Shown here: positions 46,922-52,845 of the stretch, in pieces
Layout: every line of letters starts with the position of its first letter
How positions within the stretch are numbered: position 1 is the stretch's first letter
From: a virus
Taxonomy: Duplodnaviria; Caudoviricetes
Direction: 5' to 3' (one strand)
DNA: 52,845 bases
Virus record (IMG/VR): IMGVR_UViG_3300025009_000138
Span: 1-52,845 of that record
The notes under the pieces: model-generated
The model's database searches: none
Told to the model about the DNA's origin: nothing
What the model saw: only the letters and a program-made list of their open reading frames with translations
Made by a program: the position numbers and the translations under genes

Positions 46922-47647
46922 TTATCCTTTATGAGTGTTACTTTTCGCTAATAGAGCATCCAGCGCTCGACGCTCTTCACTATTTTTTAGGTGCATCGGA
47001 GCCCACATGGCCACCCCGCCGAATTTGAGCCGCCGGATCTCCGCGATCTGACGCTCCATATTGGGCAACCACGCGGCATCTGATTTTCGCCACCTCGGAT
47101 CAGTGTGGGTAACGATGCCCATAAGCGTCTTCCTGAGTTTGACAGGCCCCAGGTTGTAGCGCTCCGCGAAGTCCGCGAAGTCCAGCCGCCCCTCTTCGCT
47201 CCGGTACAGCTCAGGGGAAACCAGATCACAGAACCGATACAACATGGAAACGGTCCCTGAGTCGTTGTTGACCGTGGCATTTCCAACCCAAACATGGACG
47301 AGCTTTCCAGGACACCGCACTCGAAACTTCTTGAGCGCCTGTTTCAACTTAGCAAACCGCTCGGGCGTCAAAGTCCCAAGCAAGATTTCGTCCAGACTCA
47401 CACCGTCGCACTCGCCCTGCGCTGCCGCGATCATGGCATTTCGGAGCACACCGTCCTCGTCAAGCATCGTGTTGGCGTAGACAGTATGGAGAATTTTCTT
47501 TCCCTGGTCGCGCCTGAATTTCTTCTGTGTATCACTTCCCTGAATAGGGAGAATCGTCACGATATCGACACTCTCCATGTCCCATGGCTCGGTAATCATG
47601 GGCTGTTGCTCGTACCTTTTGGGCCAGCAGTACGATAGGACTTGCAT
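46922..47647 (-). CDS. Possible TIM-barrel glycoside hydrolase-like protein
   Basis: DGVSLDE, DLVSPELY, FGGVAMW. Confidence 0.4.
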   Translation of the reverse strand: MQVLSYCWPKRYEQQPMITEPWDMESVDIVTILPIQGSDTQKKFRRDQGKKILHTVYANTMLDEDGVLRNAMIAAAQGECDGVSLDEILLGTLTPERFAKLKQALKKFRVRCPGKLVHVWVGNATVNNDSGTVSMLYRFCDLVSPELYRSEEGRLDFADFAERYNLGPVKLRKTLMGIVTHTDPRWRKSDAAWLPNMERQIAEIRRLKFGGVAMWAPMHLKNSEERRALDALLAKSNTHKG

Positions 47648-47657
47648 TCGATTCTCC

Positions 47658-49016
47658 TCAATTCATACTGACGTAGCGCATCCAGTCCCACAGTGAACTT
47701 ATGATTATGGGACGATGGGCCGGTGGAATGGTGTAGACTATTACGAGCTTGGGCCGGTTTTCTGCCGTTGCGTCGTCTGAGGTAGAAAACTGGTATGAAT
47801 CGTCTGTTTCTGTGTCAGCTTTTATAAGCCACCCATTCCCGAGATCTAATCCGAACTTTGTGGTGGGGGTAAGGGCGAAATTTTTAAACTCATTTAACGT
47901 TTCAGTTGACGAAAACGCCCGTGAGCCAATATCTGTTTGTTCGCAGTCGTCAGTATGAAATGCCCCAGCCGTTGACCAGTTACTTGCCGTGGCCCAAATA
48001 TTCCATGTCACTTCCGCTTCAACCCATGCCCTTTTCAACCGATAAACTCTAAACGTCCTGGCATTTGACGAGTAATCCGTAACGGCATAAAGGCTAAGTG
48101 TAGTAGACGATATGATAGCATTTGTGGGCAAAGTAGAGAGATCGAATTTAATAGCTGACCTATAAACTGTCGATCCAGTATTAAACTCTCCCACATGTAT
48201 GGTAGTTGCCGATCCATAATTAGTGCTCGGAGCAACATCCAAAAAAACAGCATCATACCCTGCCCCGTCCGGTTGAAGCGTCAATGTAGGATCGACCACA
48301 GGCCGATTCATTCCCGTGAGATCCGGTAGCGTGAACAGGATGTAATGCTGGCCGTCCACGCTCACAAACTGATTCGTGATCTTCCGAACATCTCCAGGAT
48401 TGGCAGCATCATAGGCTACGGGAGCCCGCAGAACCGACACGACTTTCTCTCCATCCTTGATGAGCGTCCCCGAGCGAGTAAGCCCTTGCAGCCCAACCGG
48501 AAAGGCGAATTGCCCATCCCTTGGGAGCCACCCACCAAGAAGCTCAATGTCCAGTTTCATGAAATGGCCGGCGTGAACGATGGAGAGAAGCGCGTTCGGG
48601 TTCGTCCATGTGAGTTTGTTGCCGGCTTTCGTTGGCCCGGTGAACGCCGGTTTGATCCACATACCAGAGGCGTTCTTTACGAGCGGAGCGCCAATCTCCA
48701 TGTACTTCGAGTCGTCACCCGGAATAGGGTATATTCGCCGCATTCCATCGGGCGCCATTTTAACTCTGAGCTTCGAGGTCGTAACGACGTTGGGAAATTC
48801 GGCATCTCCATCGCTCCAGGCCGTTGATATCCGCTGAAGCTTCCCTTGCGCGTCCTTGAAAGCAATAGGGGCACTGTGAATCGTGGTTCGATACTGACCG
48901 CCGCCAATCGCTTCCGTCTCCGAAAACTCACCGGATATCTCGGGAGCAGCTAGAACCGGAAAGGTGAGAAGCAGGCAGAAAAGAAATGCTAATCCGTGCG
49001 CGTAAACTCGAAACAT
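47658..49016 (-). CDS. Signal-peptide protein with DNRLRE/CBM96-like domain
   Basis: Leader ...FPVLA; VVDPT, TNYG, RSAIKFDLS, WVEAEVTWN, NGWLIK, RPKLVIVY. Confidence 0.75.
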   Translation of the reverse strand: MFRVYAHGLAFLFCLLLTFPVLAAPEISGEFSETEAIGGGQYRTTIHSAPIAFKDAQGKLQRISTAWSDGDAEFPNVVTTSKLRVKMAPDGMRRIYPIPGDDSKYMEIGAPLVKNASGMWIKPAFTGPTKAGNKLTWTNPNALLSIVHAGHFMKLDIELLGGWLPRDGQFAFPVGLQGLTRSGTLIKDGEKVVSVLRAPVAYDAANPGDVRKITNQFVSVDGQHYILFTLPDLTGMNRPVVDPTLTLQPDGAGYDAVFLDVAPSTNYGSATTIHVGEFNTGSTVYRSAIKFDLSTLPTNAIISSTTLSLYAVTDYSSNARTFRVYRLKRAWVEAEVTWNIWATASNWSTAGAFHTDDCEQTDIGSRAFSSTETLNEFKNFALTPTTKFGLDLGNGWLIKADTETDDSYQFSTSDDATAENRPKLVIVYTIPPAHRPIIISSLWDWMRYVSMN

Positions 49017-49606
49017 ACCGTCGCTCCTGTAATCGTTGCCGCCGCGTCCACGTTCACCACGTACCAGTCGCCCGCCGCGCCCGCCGCTTCGCCGGCATCG
49101 AAGCTCGTAATTTCAAAGTAGTTGTCTGCCGAAGCATCGGCTATGGCCGGTTCGGTTGCCGTGTCAAATGGGCTGTCGGCGTCGGTCAATGCTGCCAAGC
49201 CAGTGGTAGCCCCTGGAGCATCCACCCATATATCTATGGTCATCGAACCGACCACCGCATATGTCGTAAGGATGACCTTTGTCAACGTATGCGGGAACGT
49301 TACCTCGAAAGCCGTATTCCAGTGCGTCCCGGTAGAAATTGCGGCAACATAGTCCCCAACAGGAACACATGCCACCACGGAAGTCGTCGATGATGTAAGT
49401 TTGGCCACTGGCACCGATGCTGCCGTGAGGACCGACCCCTCCAGGGTATCGTTGTCCGTTCCGTCTCCGGCCACTCGATCAGGATCAAAGTCGTTGCTGG
49501 TAGCCGACTCAAAATCCGAGCTCGGCCCGATCTGGACAATGGTCGCGGAGAAACACGTTGAGGCAATAAGACTCAGGCAAAACAGGAACACCAATATTTT
49601 CTTCAT
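48989..49606 (-). CDS. Signal-peptide acidic beta-sandwich protein
   Basis: MKKILVFLFCLSLIASTCFS leader; AGGAG RBS. Confidence 0.65.
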   Translation of the reverse strand: MKKILVFLFCLSLIASTCFSATIVQIGPSSDFESATSNDFDPDRVAGDGTDNDTLEGSVLTAASVPVAKLTSSTTSVVACVPVGDYVAAISTGTHWNTAFEVTFPHTLTKVILTTYAVVGSMTIDIWVDAPGATTGLAALTDADSPFDTATEPAIADASADNYFEITSFDAGEAAGAAGDWYVVNVDAAATITGATVCFEFTRTD

Positions 49607-49631
49607 GTTCATTCTCTCCTTTGACATTACC

Positions 49632-52487
49632 TCAGTTCAAAACTGCCGCGAAAAAGTTCTGTGCAACCACATCCGCACCATTGGCACACTCGCCGGTAAA
49701 CTTAAGGGCCTTTGCTCCGCTTATCGCTTCCGTGGCCGCGATGCCCATATAGTTGGTATCGCCGTCTGCATTATGGAATGTGCCGTACATCATTTGCGTG
49801 GCCGCGCCAGTCACCAGGATAAATCCCCTAAACCACCAATCCCCTTCAGTGGTCGTTCCAGAGAGCAACGTAAAAGCCGTGGTCCCGAAGTACAATTTGA
49901 TCGTGTGGTTACCCGCCGTGCCGGTAACCGTGCCGGTTGCCTCGATATCAATCTTTGAATCCGTTTTGAGCATCGCCGCCGTAAGCGTCGTGGCAACCAT
50001 GAGGTTGTCTTCGCCGGTGCCAGAGCTTGGAACAGACGTCACGGATTTATACCAAGTCCTGCCGCCAATATACGACTTCTCCGCCAAGTTAGGCCGCAGT
50101 AGTCCGCCCGTAACCGTGGCGCTGCTCAGTGACCGATCAAGCGTGATCGAGCTCGGCTCCCCCGTCGTCGCCACTTCGCGGATGATGGCCCAATCCGTCG
50201 TTACGCCGGCCGCGTCAAGAAAATTGGCGGCGGCAAAGGCTCCATTTGCAACGGCCCCGTCCGTGTCGATCTGGATTGCCCTCCCAACCGTAAGCCCTTC
50301 CTTGGCCCCGGCACCATCCCCAGCAACAACGGACATTGTAAACTCACCGTTGGTAATAGTTCCTTCACTCCAGTCCTGTAGGGCGTCGGGTTGCACGTCT
50401 CCGGGCTCGACTCCATTAAGGTCAACGAGTGATCCCGAGCCGGGTTCGGTGGCTTGCCATCCAACTAACCCCCCGGAATTCGCCTTGGTCGGATCATCGT
50501 TTAGAAAGACGTGCCCCTTTGGAATGACTCTTGTGTAATTGGCCCCGTCTCCAGAACGATCAAGCGTAATTCCAGGGTGGAGATGGTCCTGAATGTCAAG
50601 CCTTGAAAGGACGGACTGAGACGCGATGTGAATTTGCTTTGTTACGGTGTCATAATCCAAATCAAGCTTTGGGAGTTTGTTCCCTCTGAACGTCCCGTCA
50701 GAAGGAGCACCGCTGAACTGAAACATATAGCCGACGTATGCCGGGGCCGTTGCGCCCTGGTAACTCAACAACTCGCAACCCTGAACATTGAGCGCCGTTG
50801 CATCTTTGAGGTATGCGATATATCGTTTGGACGAATATGAGAAATGCTGTCCGTAAAGGTTCAGTATAGTGGAATAATAACCGTCGCCATTGATTCGAAT
50901 ATGAGCATCCCCACCGTCCGAATCCCCATTCGATTCCCAATAATGAGAACCACCAATAATGGTCACCATCTGCCCAAATTGCGCGCTCAATCCATAGCCA
51001 GTGACCGGAGAGGAGTAGTTACCGGCGTATCTACCACAAAGCTCAATCCAGCAGTTTATCAGGCTGAGGTTGTCACCGTAATATTCCGCATAGATTCCGC
51101 CCACGTTACACGTACTGATTTTGCTGTTCTCTAGCGTTGTTCCATTCCACTTCCCATAGGTCTTCATCCCCCATTTTGCCGTCGAGATCGTGAGATCTCG
51201 AAGCTTGGCGTAATAGAGATCATTGGCGATGTAGATGCCGGTTCCAAAACCGATAATGCTTACGTTCTCAATTTTCGCAGACTTGGCGTTGTAGAAATTC
51301 AATCCCACCGTTAAAGGATTGGTCTCGTTGTCCGGCGTAGCGTCCCCAGTGGTGTACGGTCCCGAGAGTCGAATTCCGGTGATGGCCCCCGAGAAGTCCA
51401 GGTTGCTCCCGTCCCCGTTTCTGAAATCAATCGCTGTTCCTGTACCGGTGTATTTGATCTGCCCGCCACCCCCGCCAGTGACCGTATTGAACGTTCCAGT
51501 CTGTGAGCTGCCCACATGCCCACGAAGCCATATGGGATAGTTCGTTGTTCCGTTGTTCGGCCATATCAACGTGGAAGCGATCAACGAAACTCCATTATGA
51601 TCCAGAATGCCGCCCGTTGCAGGGAATGCGTCTAGGGCGCACTGCCAGGCGTTGGCGTCGTCTTCCGTTCCGCCAAAACCTGGCCCAAACATTTCAGGAT
51701 AAATCACAACAGGATCAGCGAACACCACTCCACCTGGTTGTGTACTAAATAACTGACGATTCTCGTATTTTACAGATGCGCCAAAAGTAAATGTTAAAAT
51801 GTTAGTGGATGTTGAAGTAAGTATAGCATTCGGAAGAGCGCTATACACCATTTTTGCTGGGACTGTTCTTGGAGCTGTGAGCGCTTCAGAACGAGCAAGA
51901 ACTATTTCAGATGCAGGAGGAGCATTAGCAATAGCACTCTCAAAAGATCCATACGCCTCTGTGGATACTACCCCACCAGACCTAAGATCCTCTACAGCAG
52001 TAATCGCCGCTCCACTCGTGTCCACACGCATTAAACGCACTGTGTAGGAAGGTGTTACAGGCTCGGCAGCACCCGCTACCATTTCAGCGAATACTATATG
52101 CGTTGCGCGTGTTACAGTAGCTCCTGCAATCGTTATTGTACGCGCTGAATCGTAGTCAGCGTACACATATGTACGAGTGGAGGCTGTGTACGTATGCGAA
52201 AAAGCATCCTTATATACGTAATATCCGCCAGGAAACGCAGTAAGCGCGGAGATTGTATGCGCAAGGGTACCGGATGTTGCGCCTATGCCTCCTTGAAGAG
52301 TGTATCCTGAATATTTCTTTTGAAAGCGTGCAGCATTCTCACCTTTAAGAAAAGCTTGCAGAGTGGTAAGGAATGTGGAGTCACTTACGGGGAGAGTATT
52401 AATTGTTTGAGTTGCGCCCCATATTAATGAAGCAGTTAGGAAGATTACAATGAAAGATTCTAGGATGCGCTGCCGCCATGTTTTCAC
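49632..52487 (-). CDS. Tailspike-like beta-helix protein with hydrophobic leader
   Basis: PEMFG..G.EDDANAWQCALDA pectate-lyase-3-like start, beta-helix repeats; N-domain ending ITAVEDLR. Confidence 0.75.
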   Translation of the reverse strand: MKTWRQRILESFIVIFLTASLIWGATQTINTLPVSDSTFLTTLQAFLKGENAARFQKKYSGYTLQGGIGATSGTLAHTISALTAFPGGYYVYKDAFSHTYTASTRTYVYADYDSARTITIAGATVTRATHIVFAEMVAGAAEPVTPSYTVRLMRVDTSGAAITAVEDLRSGGVVSTEAYGSFESAIANAPPASEIVLARSEALTAPRTVPAKMVYSALPNAILTSTSTNILTFTFGASVKYENRQLFSTQPGGVVFADPVVIYPEMFGPGFGGTEDDANAWQCALDAFPATGGILDHNGVSLIASTLIWPNNGTTNYPIWLRGHVGSSQTGTFNTVTGGGGGQIKYTGTGTAIDFRNGDGSNLDFSGAITGIRLSGPYTTGDATPDNETNPLTVGLNFYNAKSAKIENVSIIGFGTGIYIANDLYYAKLRDLTISTAKWGMKTYGKWNGTTLENSKISTCNVGGIYAEYYGDNLSLINCWIELCGRYAGNYSSPVTGYGLSAQFGQMVTIIGGSHYWESNGDSDGGDAHIRINGDGYYSTILNLYGQHFSYSSKRYIAYLKDATALNVQGCELLSYQGATAPAYVGYMFQFSGAPSDGTFRGNKLPKLDLDYDTVTKQIHIASQSVLSRLDIQDHLHPGITLDRSGDGANYTRVIPKGHVFLNDDPTKANSGGLVGWQATEPGSGSLVDLNGVEPGDVQPDALQDWSEGTITNGEFTMSVVAGDGAGAKEGLTVGRAIQIDTDGAVANGAFAAANFLDAAGVTTDWAIIREVATTGEPSSITLDRSLSSATVTGGLLRPNLAEKSYIGGRTWYKSVTSVPSSGTGEDNLMVATTLTAAMLKTDSKIDIEATGTVTGTAGNHTIKLYFGTTAFTLLSGTTTEGDWWFRGFILVTGAATQMMYGTFHNADGDTNYMGIAATEAISGAKALKFTGECANGADVVAQNFFAAVLN

Positions 52488-52577
52488 GTTATACCCTCCT
52501 CCTAAGTTTACTCATTATACGAAGCAAATTCTCCAAACAAGAATAAAAACAGTCACAGCGACACATACACAATAAAC

Positions 52578-52845
52578 TTACGCGAAGTAAACGTAGAGAT
52601 ACCCTCCCGCCGTCAACGTAGCAAGAGTTATTCCATCAAACCACTGACCCTCAACAAAATCAAGCTCTTGCTCACCAGCGGGCGCAGCAGCACTAGACGT
52701 AGCAGTCCAAATTTCTCCACCATCCGCTTCGTTTATTGCAAGAGATTGTCCAGCAGCAGAAGGCTTCCACAATAACTTACGTATTTTGACTTGGCCTGTT
52801 GAGATAGCGGCGGCGGTATCCAATGTCCATACATGCGAATCGTAT
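52578..52845 (-). CDS. 3' part of the 92-aa ORF starting at 140
   Basis: Frame is open to the window end and joins the left end. Confidence 0.8.
   Translation of the reverse strand, partial: YDSHVWTLDTAAAISTGQVKIRKLLWKPSAAGQSLAINEADGGEIWTATSSAAAPAGEQELDFVEGQWFDGITLATLTAGGYLYVYFA
52717..52845. repeat. Terminal direct repeat, copy 2
   Basis: Matches 1-129 with one mismatch. Confidence 0.95.

Noticed and set aside
46922-52487. DGR or shufflon acting on tail genes
   Set aside because: No reverse transcriptase, template/variable repeat pair or repeated crossover sites seen; the recombinase is not adjacent.
1-52845. tRNA or rRNA genes
   Set aside because: No cloverleaf or T-loop pattern found by eye in the intergenic regions; tRNAscan-SE would confirm.

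Overview
The window looks like a complete, circularly permuted ~52.7-kb dsDNA bacteriophage genome with podovirus-like (P22-type portal/ejection) organisation. Positions 1-129 repeat as 52717-52845, and one ORF crosses that junction. The + strand (~6.1-26.6 kb) carries small early genes, a Cas4-like exonuclease/Sak4-like ATPase/SSB recombination module, a DHH phosphoesterase, a DenV-like glycosylase, a UDG-fused family A polymerase, a DUF3987-like helicase and two orphan methyltransferases. The - strand carries portal, scaffold, capsid, adaptors, tail and ejection proteins, lysis-type membrane proteins and lipoproteins, terminase and a serine resolvase. Main oddities: (1) four late-module proteins, including the tailspike-like protein, start with Sec-type signal peptides, and one ejection protein ends in a CFI-box-CTERM-like domain, hinting at an export-dependent virion maturation route; (2) both the large terminase and the DNA polymerase are split at domain boundaries, each with a small Cys-motif ORF in the gap; (3) the polymerase has unusual motif B residues; (4) there are three paralogous adaptors, a Tad2-like gene, a stand-alone ClpX zinc finger, several unannotated micro-ORFs, and no recognisable endolysin or primase. 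All family calls come from motif recognition by eye, not database searches.
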